64,000 nucleotides of DNA from Podospora anserina (Eukaryota), in NCBI GenBank assembly GCA_017654855.1, contig JAFMPO010000001.1, positions 806,001-870,000 of the forward strand. The letters run 5' to 3'. The notes under the pieces were generated by a model, which made no database searches, was not told the DNA's origin, and saw only the letters and a list, made by a program, of their open reading frames with translations. The first letter of the stretch is position 1. The number at the start of each line of letters is the position of its first letter. Shown piece after piece: positions 25,110-38,641 of this stretch. Both the position numbers and the translations under genes were made by a program.

Positions 25110-26683
25110 CACGGCCTCGAGAGAGAAAGCGAGAGCAAGATGAGACAGCCCAGTGAGAATTTGAAAGTCGGAACCAATGCACAGCAAGCTTCGAGTCACA
25201 TGCGGAAAAGCGGGGCGGTGGGACAAAAGGTGCACATGCTTGGAAAGCCCGAGTTTGAAAAAACCTTGATGGCATTGAACGTTTTAGAGGACATCAAGAT
25301 CGACCTTACACGTGAGCAAACCTTAATTTACAGGTATATTCTCTCAGAGAAGCCGCTACCTTCATTCTGACAGTTATGTGTTGTGATAGACGCATTGAAG
25401 ACGAGTTCCGCAAGCGGGGCCGTTGACGAACTCGCCCAGAACAAATCCTCTCTGCCTGCCAACTGGTTGCTCTATGTGCTACGTCTCCGCCAGGCCGTTT
25501 CACATCCGTTCCTGCTGGAGAAGTTGAAAAAAGTTGAGATTGACACCCCCTATATCGTGCAGATTGGGCGTTGGTGTGAAGAGAAGCTGAAGAACGTGAT
25601 GGGCATGGGGTACGATGACATTCATGGAACATCGCTGGATGCCAGATTCGATTTCAAGCCGCATCTACTTCGGCTGGAGAAGCATCAGGAAGAAGACCAC
25701 ATTGGAAATGTCTGCAAGAGATGCGGATTAACACCTGATGATGGCTTCAACCCAAAGGCATGTCTATCTTTACACCAATATGCCAACAATATAGGGAATG
25801 GAAGTTTAATTAACAGAAAATCTTAGTGCGGGCATCATTTCTGTCGGGAATGTGTCGAGAGCCACATCTCGGACATGACGGAGGGCGTTCAGCAGGATCT
25901 TGATTGCCGTGTATGCAAGAAGCTCATTACGAACATCAAGGCGTCTCGCAAATCCAAACCAGAGGACCAAAAGAGCACCCCGATGAAAAAGAAGGCGATT
26001 CGCGGTGCATGGCGACGTGCTTCTGATCGCAAAGGTCGGGAATTGGGTGATGATGTGAATGGGATTCAGCCAGTCGGCCCATCAAAGGTCGAGTCTCTTT
26101 TTCTAGACGAAAGTGTAAAATCCGGTCTCGACAAGATTCAAGCACAGGACGACTTCACTGAAAAGGAGGAGATCAAAGTATTCGTATGTGATCTTGTTGC
26201 TTTTACCATTCTCCCCGGCAAATGTTTCACATTACTCGAAGCTACACCCTTCCCGTGATAGGACTCTGGCAAATATATCTAGGTTGCCTCGATTCAATGC
26301 AGCGGCCAAGCATTGAATCTTGTCTGTGCAAACCGAGTATTCATTTTGGATCTTTGGTGGAACTACGCCATCAAGCAACAGGCCTTTGGATGCGTGCATT
26401 GCATAGGCCAGCAGAACAGACCCGGCGAGCCCGTATCGTGGTGAGGAAGACCATTGATGAGCGAATGGCAAAACTACAGCACACCGAACTCGTCACGATT
26501 GATGCCGCCATCAAAGAACATAACCTTTCCAAGATGGCGCTTACGCCGGGCGAAATTGCTGGCTTGCTCGGTGGGGTTGTTCTAGATGAACACGGCAAGA
26601 TTCAGAACATTGTTCCTGATTATGACGAGGAAGACAGCGACGAGCAAGGAAATCGCGATGTGGCGTGTCAGGCTCACCGATGA
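25110..26683 (+). pseudogene. 3' fragment of a SNF2-family helicase with RING finger (Rad5/Rad16/Uls1-like)
   Basis: LRLRQAVSHPFLL; RING CKRC...CGHHFCREC...CRVC; helicase-C remnants NLVCANRV.ILDLWWN, QAFG.VH.IGQ, TIDERM. Frameshifts present and the N-terminal ATPase lobe is absent. Confidence 0.75.
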
Positions 26684-26827
26684 CGAGAGGCTGGCTGCTA
26701 GCAAACTCTACACAAAACATTCGTTCTGTTCTTGCAAGTCCTTCTCTTCCTTTTCCACAATATCCAAATCCTCATCATCACTCGCTTTTCGGGCTTCTTA
26801 TCTTGCTTGTTGTATTATTTTATCATA

Positions 26828-28411
26828 ATGGCGGCATCGCACACAGATGCTGGCCGTTCTCTCGCTCAAGGAGACAGCACAACCACGCTCGCTCCATCAG
26901 TTCCACCCACCGCCATAAGCTCAGCCCAAAAGCTTAACCAACTGTTTGACAGCCCAAAAGAACCCAAGAAAATCACTGGTAGCATTGAGAAAACAACAGC
27001 CACTGCCGCCGCAGCCGCCGTTGAAGATAGAGCCCCGGACGGTGGATATGGCTGGGTCTGCACCTTCTGCAGCTTCATGATCCACGCCAACACATGGGGA
27101 GTAGGATCACCATGGGGAATATTTCTCGATCGCTACATATCCCAAGGTACTTTTGCGCGAGTGGGGAGGTTTGAGTACGCCATCATCGGAGGCCTGGCTA
27201 TGGCTATGGCCCTCATCGTTGCGCCACTGGCAAATCGCTGCAAAATAGCCCTGGGAACTCGAGGGACGATAGTGCTAGGGTCCGTGATTGCATCCATTGG
27301 AGTTCATACTTCATCAACTGCATCCAAGGTTTGGCATTTGGTGCTATCGTATGGAGTTTGTTATGGGTTGGGGATGGGGATAGTGTACATTCCTGTAAGT
27401 TTTCTGAGCGCTCTGTCGAGATCGCCGTCGCTGACTGTGTGGTGACAGACCCTCTCCGTTGTCGGCCCCTGGTTTTCCATCCACCGGAGTCTAGCCATTG
27501 GCATTGCGACAGCCGGATCAGGCTTTGGCGGGCTGGGGTACAGCCTTCTCGCCGGCAAGCTCATTGCCACGTACGGAATTCCTTGGACCTGGCGCATTAT
27601 GTCCTATATGATGTTCTTCTGCAACTTCTTCTGTGGCTTGCTTGTCAGAGAGAGCCCGGTAACAAAGTCACCTGTCAACAACCCTGTTGCGGCGAAGTCC
27701 TCATCCTTCAGCTTCCACATCTTCACCCGCCCGCAAGTGCTTCTCATTCTCATCTGGGGCTTCATGGTGGAACTCGGCTATGTGTCGCTGTTCTTCTCGC
27801 TTCCAAGCCACGCCACCTCCCTCGGCCTCGATCTCAATCAAGGGTCCATTGTCCAAGCCGTGCTGAGCCTCGGTATTGGAATTGGCCGCCCCTGCGTGGG
27901 CTGGGTAAGCGACAGGCAAGGCCGGATCAACACGGCACTGTTGATGACGCTCTTTTGCGGTTTAATCTCTCTTACTTTGTGGATCTATGCCCGATCGTAT
28001 CCCCCGCTGTTGGTATTTGCATTCCTTGCTGGCATCTCATCGGGTACGTTTTGGAGCACTGCCAACCCCATCGTCACAGAAGTGGTGGGATTGAGGCAGT
28101 CCTCGGCCACGTATTCAGCGGTGTGCTTGGTGATGGCGCTGCCTGCTACTTTTGGGGAAGCTATCGCTCTGCAGTTCGTGGATGAGAGCAGGACAGATGA
28201 CGCCAAGTTTTTGCCCTCGCAGGTGTATGTTGGGTGCACGTACTTTGTCGGGGCGGTGGCGTTGTTGATGTTGAGGGCGTGGAGGGTGTGGCAGTTGCAG
28301 AGAAACCTGGCGGTCGTGGAAGATGCCGAAGTAGCTGGGGTTGTGCCTGAGGAGAAGAGGGTGTATGGGTGGATGATGCCGAGGATGTGGATCAAGGTTG
28401 TGAAGGTATGA
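26828..28411 (+). CDS. MFS transporter, monocarboxylate porter (MCT/Mch-like) family; intron 27395-27448
   Basis: APDGGYGWV, WF..HRSLAIGIATAGSGFGG, GWVSDRQGRIN; many hydrophobic segments. Confidence 0.9.
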
Positions 28412-28911
28412 TGTGACGGAGAGAATGAATCACGACGGTTATGAAGGGCGTTAATGGTTATGGCAATATGGATACTGAATTACTAATAAGGTGTTGTAGG
28501 ATCGGTGGGAAGGTAGACAAAAGTTTCTATCGATAGCAGTAACGTTTATTCCTTTTGGACCATGTTCCCAACCTGCCACACATGCTCTGACGCCTGTCAA
28601 TTGTTCAATAAAAGTTGTCCACGATGTGCACACCATGAGAAATGGTCACACACGCAACCCTAATAACACGAGTGAACAAAGAGCTATCATGACCAAGATA
28701 GCACGGCATCTACCGGCATGCAAGTGTATTATCGTTATTTATTATCGCTGTTTTGACATGTCCTCGGCAAAACTCCCAGCATCAGGTATCCTCCATAACA
28801 ACATTGGCAGATCAACTACGTCAAGGGTATAAACTTCCAAAAAAAAAAAAAAAAGCAAACAACTGTTCCTTCCCTCCCAAGTCTGTTTTTCATCAACTCT
28901 AATTTTTTTTA

Positions 28912-30887
28912 TTAAACAACCCTGCCCACATCCTTCTCTCCCTTGCCAGGGACATACTCCTGGCTCCCCGTCCCGCTGGCATTGTCAGCATCATACGCCA
29001 CTCTCAAGTCATCAATCTCGTCGCCAACCTCCATCCACTTGTCGCTGCAGGCGGGGATGGGGCTGAGCTTGCACAGACCCCAGTACACAAACGCTGAGAC
29101 TCCGAATCCGCCAAAGAAGTTGACGTTGTATACATAAGTGGCGCCAATGGGGACTTCCGTGCCAACAGCTCCGGCAAAACCAACGACGTTGATGAGAATG
29201 CCCGCGATGTAGGCGGCGTAGGCGCGCCAGTGGAAGCCGTAGGTGAAGCGGTATGGTGAAGTGGGTCGGGCGTCGTAGAGCTCCTTGACGTCAAGGTAGC
29301 CCCTGCGGACAAAGTAATAGTCGGAAATCATGACGCCGGCGATGGAGGACAGGAACACCGAGTAGGCGGAGAGGTAGGTGGTGAACTGGTTGGAGTCGGT
29401 GAGGAGGGTGTAAGGGCACATGGCGAGACCGACAGCAGCGGCGATGTAACCACCGCGACGAATGTCCAACCAACGAGGCAGAAGGGCAGTCAAATCGGTA
29501 CCGGCCGAGACGGAGTTGGCAGCGATGTTGGTGCCGAGCTGGGCGAGGGCAAAAGCGGTAGCAATTACAAAGACGCCGAAACGCCCACCAGAACCGCTGT
29601 CATCAATGAACTTTTCGAGGAGCTCAAGAGGGTCCCAGATGGGAGGACCGCCGTAGATGACTGTCGAGGAAGAGGAGACGATAATGCCGATGAATGAGGT
29701 GACAGCGAAACCAATAGGGATGGTGAAGAGCTGAGACCAGAGGGCGTCTTTGGGCTTGCCAGCAAAGCGGGAGAAATCGGGGTCGTTGACAATGAGAGTC
29801 GCAAAGTTGGCAATGGAGCTCATCACACCTTTCACGAACTCCCAGGCGAGTTTGGAGCCTTCCAAGCGCGCTGGCTGGCGCACGATATCACCGAGCCCTT
29901 TGGCGCGAACGACGGCCCAGACCAAGAAGGCGATACCCGCAACAGGGACGACATACGACTTGACGGTGAACAGATGGCGAATCTTGTGGACGGGGAACCA
30001 GATGGCCGGAAGCGAGCAGAGCCAGAAGATGAAGAAAGAAGCGTAATCGGCCGTGGTGGTACCGGAATTCTCAGGGAAGGTATCGGGGATGGCATTGCGG
30101 TCCTAGAAGCTGTCAGTTGGATGGATCCAGGCAACAGACGGCAGCTTTCCAACACTCACCCAAGATAGCCAGATTGCCCTGATCATGATGTAGACACACC
30201 TCCCTCCAATGTACGACTGGACACCATACCAGATACAAGCTGCGATGGTTGTTAGCCCCCGAAATGTGCCAAGTATGCGGTTCGCGAGGATCTCGTTGCT
30301 CACCCATGACAGCCCGGTTAAACACTGGCCACAGACTTCCCCAGATTCCGAACGAGGATCTGGCCACGACCGGAAACCCAATGTGATACTGTGCGCCAAT
30401 GCGGCCCGTCAAGCAAATAAAGAAGCCAGAAATCGCATAACCAAGCCAGACACAAATCCACGACTGCCACCACGACAGACCGCCCACGATCATAGTACCG
30501 CTGATCATCCAGGTGTTGATGTTGAACGAATCGGCAATCCAGAAACCGACAAAGTTCCACGGACCCCATTGGCGTCGTTCGGGCTCAACCGGTTTGAGAT
30601 CGTGGTTCGTCAACTGTGGTTGTGTCCGTGTCAGCTTGTCATTGCGACGGGACGAAGACGCGATAGAGGGGGCATGGATTCTTTCTGAAGGCCTAATCCG
30701 ATATCCATGGATCACGGACAGCTACAGAAAGAGGACGAGCGCACGGTGTGTGAAGAGAGGAGGAGGTCCGCACCATTAGCTGTGCTGTTGTCAACCCGGG
30801 CTCCTGCTCGACAGCAATCTTGTCCGCGAAGCGCTTGAAGGCATTGCGTCTCCGCGGCGCCTCCGTAGTGAACGTTGTGTTCTCCAT
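28912..30887 (-). CDS. NCS1 nucleobase:cation symporter, Fur-type uracil/allantoin permease; introns 30614-30773, 30240-30303, 30103-30159
   Basis: [58 protein letters not shown]; all splice junctions keep frame. Confidence 0.92.
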
Positions 30888-31858
30888 GGCTTCGATGGTA
30901 TAGAGGGTTGACCGAGGGCTGTGGGGTTCGGTTCAAAAAATTTGCAAGGTCGAGAGGAGCGTCAAACAGGTTGAGCAGACAAGGGGTGTTCTAGCTCTCC
31001 TCTAGGATGACGCGCTGCTGCGACGGTGCTGCACGGGAGGCCGGGTCGGGGCTCTGTGGGGAGTTCGAATTGATCGACAAAGTTGAGTCGTCAATTTTGC
31101 AGAACACCCCAGGCCAAAAGTAGGGGACCTCTTTTGTACTTATGCAAGATCGAGGTTGAAGAACCGGTGCATTACCGGTGCCAGAGGCGGAGAAGAAGGG
31201 GAGTCTGGATAAGGGCTGTGGCGAGGTGATCCTGGACACCGGCAGACGAGTTATCTGCCATAGGGGCTTGGAGTTTCCAATACCTGCGTGTCACCGTCAT
31301 GGAACAGCTGTTGGTTTCTTTGTGGCCGTAGTGGTTGACAATGTCATTCGATACTTATCTATGCCTAATTGGGTTTCTCGCCCCGCCGATCTCCAATTCT
31401 CAAAGACGGTGAGAATTGGTGTGGTATCGATATCGGCAACACCAAACTGGTGATGGCCCCTTCGGTTCCCCCACGCGTCAACCATGGCTGGGCTGGCTGC
31501 TGGACAGGGGGCTCTGAAAAGAGGTTTCGGTGGCATGCCAACATGGCTGTCGCCCAAGAAGTCTAGAGCAGAGCTGGCCGCAGGAGCTGTATCCCAGGCA
31601 AAATGCGCGCTCAAACCAAGGGTCTCGGCCAAACCGTCTGCAAGCCTTGCAGCTGCTTCTTGGAGGTTGGAAGAAAGTTGGCTTGCTTGCAGGTGGTCTG
31701 TGACCTTGAGAGGCGCTACGGCAGGTCGGGACCCCGCTGAAGGCTGTCCAGCCATTGGCCGCCCGCAGGGATGATCCCTTATCTTCGGAGAGCCGTTGAC
31801 TTGGTGCACGGGAAAAATCTCACTTGGGCATCTTGGCCCTGCACCAAGATGGTCTATC

Positions 31859-31878
31859 GATAAGCGGGGATAAGATAA
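31859..31878. promoter_or_regulatory. Clustered GATA sites (AreA/NIT2-type) upstream of the NCS1 permease
   Basis: GATAAG-cgg-GATAAGATAAC; more GATAA sites near 31208, 31780 and 32328-32342. Confidence 0.45.
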
Positions 31879-33239
31879 CGGCCAATCGACCCCGCATCTC
31901 AGCGGATTCGAAAAGTTTTTACTTGATCCCATCGAGTCAAGCATGGCCGTCGTGAACAAAACCCCATGTTCCCAGGCCGCAAACCCTCATCCAATTGGGT
32001 TTAGGTGCATGTGTGGTACCAAGCAAAGAAGCTTTTCAGCCAGTACCTTATTCAGGGAACCTGGAAGATGGCTGCTTGATGTTTGTCCTCCAGCGGGCAG
32101 GCAGAGCCTTTGCTCTTTGATCGGAGGTAAAAGCTTGAGTTGGACTATCTCAGCACGTGAAACTGTCTGTCCTCCCGCACTTGTTCGGTGAATGCCAAGT
32201 CCAAACAAGCCGCCGACAACATCAACTTTGAAGCTTGGGGTGCTTGGAGGGGTAAGCCACAATGTGCCACCTACAGTAGCTACCAGCCATCAACCTGCGC
32301 CTAGACCTCCCGCAATGCGGGGCCGCGATAACCGGAGATAAGTTGCCGTAGTCCCTGCTCTGTCGAACCACGCGAGGAAAACCAAGAGCGACCAAGGCCA
32401 AACATATCCATCTGTTTTAGTCCTATAGTTGACATCGAAAAGATGACAAAGTTACGAGTTTCCAATATGAAACCTTTCAGATGCTGTCTTGGCACATTTT
32501 CACATGGCATTTTGGGAAACCCACGTTTTGGAGAAACACTTCCCCCAGACCCCATACCAAGCACCGGGTTTGAGGAGGTTGGATGACCCCCACTCTCACT
32601 TTCACACACCATCCAACCTGCCGGTTGAGCAGACCACTGATCAACCACCACGGGACGATACAACTCAGCCTGCAGACAGGGTCCAAAAAGGTAAAAAAGA
32701 GCGCATCTGTATCTGCTGCGTGCCACAAAGCAACAGGGGCTCGAGAAGAGGTGCGCCCTGAGCTTGTCTGATGACGGGGTTGCCCCAGATCCCGGTGACG
32801 ATTGAGGTATATCTGATTAGACAGGGTGCCATTCGTCGGGGTCGACTGCCGTGGACGTTGCATTCACCCACGACCCTAATCTCAAGCTCGACCTAGCAGC
32901 TGGCTCTGGGTTCAATGACTTCGAAGCTGGCACCATGTAGGCTTATCCGTAGTTATCCACTTGGCTGGCAAGATACTTTTCACCTGAGAGCTAGCAGTTG
33001 CGGCAATTCAGCCTCACCAAACATTGGAGCCGCGGCTAGAGAGAATCAACGTGGAATTGCTCAATGTATTGTCAAACTGCCTTCAATGTGGAAGAAGAAT
33101 GTCCGCCCCAGAGATCATGCCCACCTCCTCGCTTAAGCACATCTGATGCGTCTGATGCATTGCTAGATCCGAGCTACTATACTAGCTTCAACACCACATC
33201 GCCAGTGCCTTGAAGCCCCATCCGAGACGAGCCTACTCG

Positions 33240-33895
33240 TCAGAACTCTGGTGAGCTATTGGCAATGTCAGCACACGATACAGCACACATGGCAATGGCA
33301 ACAACATTTGAGAACTTACCCCAATTTTCAAACGCTCGCAGGCCTCCAAAGTCTCTTGCCAACAAAAGCTGCGTAGCTCTCTTCAGCTCTCCCTGGGGAA
33401 TATGGATCTCCCTCTTGACACCATGATCATGGTCAACGTATGTCATAACGTTGGGCTGAACGCATTTCCTCTCCGAGGTAGTGGCCACGTCCATGCTGGA
33501 GGATGGGTACCACTGGCCAGCGCAAGTGTCGTAGGGGCCAAGGTCCACACAGCATCCGAGTAATCCCTCCTGACTGAACGGATGTGTGATTTCACACCGG
33601 CCGTTGGCCTTGGTCTGGCACGAGTTCTGGAAGTAGCCAGCGACAGTGGAGCCTTTGGGACAGCCCTCGCAGTGGACAACACCGCACCAAGGATCCGAGG
33701 CCTGACAGCAAACGGACGCGGGGATATCGCGGCTGATTCGAGTTGGGTTAGATTGGTTGAGCGTCATCGATGATTCTGAGCGACATACCAGCTGATAGTG
33801 TCGGCACCATCCCAACAGTCACCTGAACGGTGAAAAAAGAGCCTCTCCGCGGCGCACCCAAGAATGGGAAGAAAAAGGAGGATTGTAAACAGCAT
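33240..33895 (-). CDS. Small secreted cysteine-rich protein (175 aa); introns 33733-33788, 33248-33319
   Basis: Signal-like MLFTILLFLPILGCAA; canonical GTATGT/GTAAGT donors with branch sites give an open 528-nt CDS; about 13 Cys in the mature part. Confidence 0.75.
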
Positions 33896-35111
33896 GACTG
33901 TCGAACTTTGTGGTGATAATTGTGAGGAGGTTTGAGTGATGGGTTGAATCGAGGAAGCGGGAAAGGGAAGGGCGACTTTGACTTCCGGATCCAGAGGGTG
34001 AGCAAGGTAGGTAAGGTAGGTAGGTAGCAAAAAAACCACCTTGTGGCCTGGAATATATACTCGAAAAGGCAGTCGCGAGACCCGTACCTTGGATGCGGGT
34101 CAACAGTAAAACTTTGATTCACCAATGAAAATTCGATCCCGCCGTTCGAAGTAATTAGGAAGGCACGTTGAGACCACAATAACTCTGTTATCGGCGAGGG
34201 CGGTGAATCCCTTGTGTGATGCTCTTTCCGTTACCCATCCCTGCTTTGACAAAGACAAGGCAGAGGCTTTGCTATTGTATGGATATCAATGAGTTGAAAT
34301 TAGCGGACTCTTTAAGATCGGCTTATCATATCTTCCGATGTGATGAAGACCTCGATCGAAGTTACTGGATATGTCCTTGGAAGCAAGCAGAAACAGGAAA
34401 GGCATGACAGAGATAGGGATTAATAAGTGGATATTGGTGTTTGTGACTGACATGTGATTCACACTCTGCAATAACCAAGGACCATACATATCACACACAC
34501 ATGGATATCTGGTAAATACTAAACATGCAACGAATTTACTCATCTCTGATAAGGTACCTTCTCGTGGAAAGACCAGGTATATCTTAATAACTTGATGATA
34601 ATAATGTCGACATCTGTTCGGATCTAATCAATGTTACTCGTAGAATCAGTCACTAACCCTATTCTGAAACTTTTGCTATGCCCTTCCTGATGTCACTTAC
34701 CCATTTGGGAGCCTATCAAATACGTGAAGAAACAGTGGTCTCTTGAGGGGTGTTCAGATTCTGCTGGCACTCCGCTACGATTTCTATTATCTTCAGATAG
34801 ACAATCGCCGTACAGGATCTCACGCTCCCTACCGAATACCAATGTACATAGGTTGAATCGGAGCTACAGCGTTCTGGACACCAAAAGTATGAAGGTAAAC
34901 AAAGTCCAGCCCCACTGTGGCTGCCCACCACCGAAGCCAACTGTCAAAGCTACCGGGCCTGAAAAATATCAAAGTTTTAAGCACATCTCTCACAAAAGTA
35001 TATATATATCTGGTCTCATTGACATTTGCTTGCCTTTCTTTTATTCATCGCATTCAGCAATCCACTATCATACACAAACAAGATACACAGTTTGACAACA
35101 AAGTAAACACA

Positions 35112-36018
35112 ATGCCCAGAATCACTTTTCCTCGCCGTCTCCTCTCGCTCCACATGCTGGATTTCCGCCCTCGAGCTTCCTATCAGCACCAGCGAAAAGA
35201 TCTGTTTTCATGCCAGTGTGCCCAGCCCCAAAACCCCAATAGCGCATGATCCAGCCAGACCCCAACCGTCAGCACTACCGCATCAAAATAGGCCTCCTCA
35301 CACTCGACACCCCCTCGCTAGAACATCACGAACCACAAATCTTAACCACCGCTGCAGCCGTCTTGCCCCCATCCTCCCCGGTTCACCTGGTCCCCCCGGC
35401 GGCCCCTCAGACCCAAATGACCCCCCTTTGATCTCGAAGAGGGCTTCATCTCTCTGGACTATGCCCTCTCTGTCCCACGCTCCCTCTTGGACCTCGCAGA
35501 GAAGGATCGGGACGAGCACGGTTTCAGCCTTGATCCCCTCTCGAACAAGGGCACAGTAGAGATGCAAACGGACTCTGACCAGAGCGATTGCGCCGAGATG
35601 ACTACAACGATTGTGCTCCGAGCCAGGTCAACTTGAATCCACCCAAAGCGGACGACATTAGGGAGATACTGATGGCTGAAAATAGGGGGAAGGTAAGAAT
35701 GGGAAGGGGAAGCAGCAGCGATCGGTTGCTGGAGGAGCTCGTTGGTTCATGTAAGTTGACATTGCCCGAATTGAATAAGAGAGGGGATGAGAGTTGTTCA
35801 CTGACAAACAATAGGATATCGCGAGGAGATTAGCCCTATTCTACAAGTACGGCACTGTGAGGGGCTCGACTATGAATTTGGATGGCCAGCTCCCGGGTTT
35901 TATGACGGTTAAGGACGCCATCTGGCCGGCGTATCAGGCTGCGAGGGAGAGACAAGGGTTCATGGATCCAGGCGATCTTATGGTGAGTGACAGGAGCATG
36001 ATGGACTTTAATGTGTAG
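35112..36018 (+). pseudogene. Possible degenerate hypothetical gene
   Basis: Intron-like 35751-35814 and a protein-like last exon (DIARRLALFYKYG...MDFNV*), but no continuous upstream frame. Confidence 0.25.
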
Positions 36019-36202
36019 GTAGTCTTCAAGATTCGCTTATGGTGTCGTCGGAAACATCTGAAATCCAAAAAGCTTTCTTGGCCGGGTGATTAGTGGTCTT
36101 GAAGGTATCCGAAAAATGTAAAAGGCAGTGAATCAAACAGTACTCAGCTGTTGAGAATAAAGTTAGCATTTAGTCTACACATATCATTCTATTCAATGTT
36201 TC

Positions 36203-37026
36203 TTAATCCACGTTTTGTTTCTGGGCCAAAATCTTCCTCCCCACCGTCGGCGGCTCAAGCGGGTTTTGAACAACGGTTACAAACCCCCAACCGTGGTACC
36301 ACAGCTCTTTGAAACCCCCACATAAAAAACCCACCCATTGGCGGGTGAATTCTGCGAATTTCTTCTTGGAGTCTAGCGTGGCGCGCATGCCAATTTTGAT
36401 CACGACCCAGGCAATGGTTTTGGACTCGATTTTGATATAGGAGGATTTGCCGTCGATGATAGAAGGGAAGGAGGTGTTGGCTAGGTTGGTGATGACGCTG
36501 ATGGCGGTGGGGGGGAAGTTGATTGGCCCGAGGATAATTGTGCGGTTTTGGGCAGAGGAGGAGAGGGTGAGGGAGGCTAGGTTTGGGGGAAGGGCGGAGA
36601 GGTTGTCGTCGGAGGTGGGGGAGATGGCTCGAGGGGATTTTCGAGTTGGTGGGTGGGTTGAGGTGAAAGGGGTAGGGGTAGGGATTGTGGGATGCAGGTT
36701 GGAGGAAGAGGAGGCCGTCTTGGTGTTGTTGTGTGGCGGCATGATTTGGGGTGGGAGCGGCCACTTGTTGTCGCGATTGAGGAGGTGGATTTGATGGTGG
36801 AGGTTAAAGAGGTACATGACTGGAGGATGTTTGGGAACCGGTGTTGCGGTGCGCTGTGGATCCTAAATGCAGTGACAGTTTGAGCCTGGGAATGAGTATA
36901 TTTGCTGATAATGGTTTTGTCAATGTCATTGTTGGACGATACAGAAGGTGCCAGGTCACATGCGATTGCAGTTGCTGTACGAACATCATTGAAATCAGGG
37001 TTGAATGACTTGAAAACTGAAAACAT
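36203..37026 (-). CDS. Hypothetical protein, structure uncertain
   Basis: 204-aa ORF with C-biased codons plus an upstream ATG ORF; no recognisable domain. Confidence 0.35.
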
Positions 37027-38641
37027 TATGTCATATGAAGTTGATTAACTTCTATAACCAGTTGACTGTGGCTTCATTGTGGATGTGCAAGCCATTTTCT
37101 TTTTCAGGGGTTTGTTTACATTCAGTCAACATCGTGGCCAGGGGTCAGGTGTCCAGGGCAACGCCTTGAAGTCTTGGCACTAACAGAAGAAAACACAATT
37201 GTCCGTCCAGCACCCCGTGGCAACATGGATATCAGCTGTATTAGCTCTCCTCGCTCACATGGAGTTCTCTACGTATCAAATTGCATAAGCCACCCGATGG
37301 CACATCAATCTCCTCAAGTTTAGCCCCCGCTTGGCAACGAGTCTCCCAAGCGTCCAGCGGGCGAAAGTCCGGCCTCCTCCATTCGTCCCTTGGCACAGAT
37401 GGGTGAGGTGAGTGGGAATGGGGTGAACAGTTCTGAACGGGAAGCTCCGGAGTGAGCGAACCCAGAGCCCTACATGTCACATCTTGGCTTTTCTTGCCGT
37501 TCCCTTGGCTTTCTTGGAGATTCTTGAGCCAGTCTCCCTTTGGTTCCCTCCTCCCCCCGATCGGTCACCGGGATACGGCTCACGGCGAGAGCCACAGACC
37601 GGTCTGCCCACAATCCGAACCATGAGGCTCTTTGTTTCTCCGAAACACGCGTGGGGTAATGAATTTTCGGATGAACGGAAACCTTTCATGACCACAGACC
37701 ACCTAACTTGACTGGGACCTCTTCCTTCGTGTTCACTTGTGACTGCGGGGAGGAGGAGAGAACAGTCTGAGTTTAAGATCAAGTGGTAGGGGTGCCAGGC
37801 AAGGTGTTACGTAACGTCGTGTCTTTGAGTGGTCTAGGCTGTCGTGTGATCACCTGCCTGTTCTGTGCCCTGTTTGGCGCTTGCGGTTTGCGAGAAACCT
37901 TCTGTCTCAGAAATTGAAAGGCAAGCAAATTGCCAGCATTCTCATCGGCCTTAAGGTCGCTAGAATGATCACTGGGCTTTGTGCATCGAGGCTGCTGCAG
38001 GAAAGCTCAGCTTAAGAAAAGAAGAAGAGAAAAGAGTTATGGGATAAGAGAGCTTTGGGAAGACCCTAGGTACGCTTAAGCACACGCCTAAAACCCACCG
38101 AGGTGTGTGGGGTCATCTGCTTACTGTACCCGAGCTGAACCCCCATCTAGCATGCACTGAGGACCCCATGGTTTTAGATTATCCCACGTTCAGGTTTGCC
38201 CCGCTCAGCAAGGCTGCCACTGATCAGAATCTCTGTTTCCTATTCTGGTGCTGGAAGAGAGCAAAGTCAGCGATGGATACGAGAGAAAGATCTTCAAAGC
38301 TGATTTGAGTAGGTCATAACGATATACTACTGGAAGCATGTCTCGAACAGTGTGCATCAAATCATTCTTAGACGGCATTGAAAGATGCTCGACAGGGTCC
38401 GTAACGCAGATAGCAGGTCTTGTGGAATAGATCCGAAACGAGCTTTAGAAGGCGGACAAATGAGTCTGTGAAAACAGGCTTGAAGTGTTGAAATGGCAGC
38501 GAGGGGACTCGCCAACGTCACTGCAATTCTTGTTCCATTATTCATTATCCGTCATGGTATACTGGACTCAAGACATTCAAAACCTCATCAAGCCACGATG
38601 CGCTTAGCCGCACCGTTGTGGATCTGATATAAAGATGACCA

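Noticed and set aside
19091-26700. Intact Starship or Spok meiotic-drive gene
   Set aside because: No DUF3435 recombinase and no Spok nuclease/Cys-cluster architecture recognised
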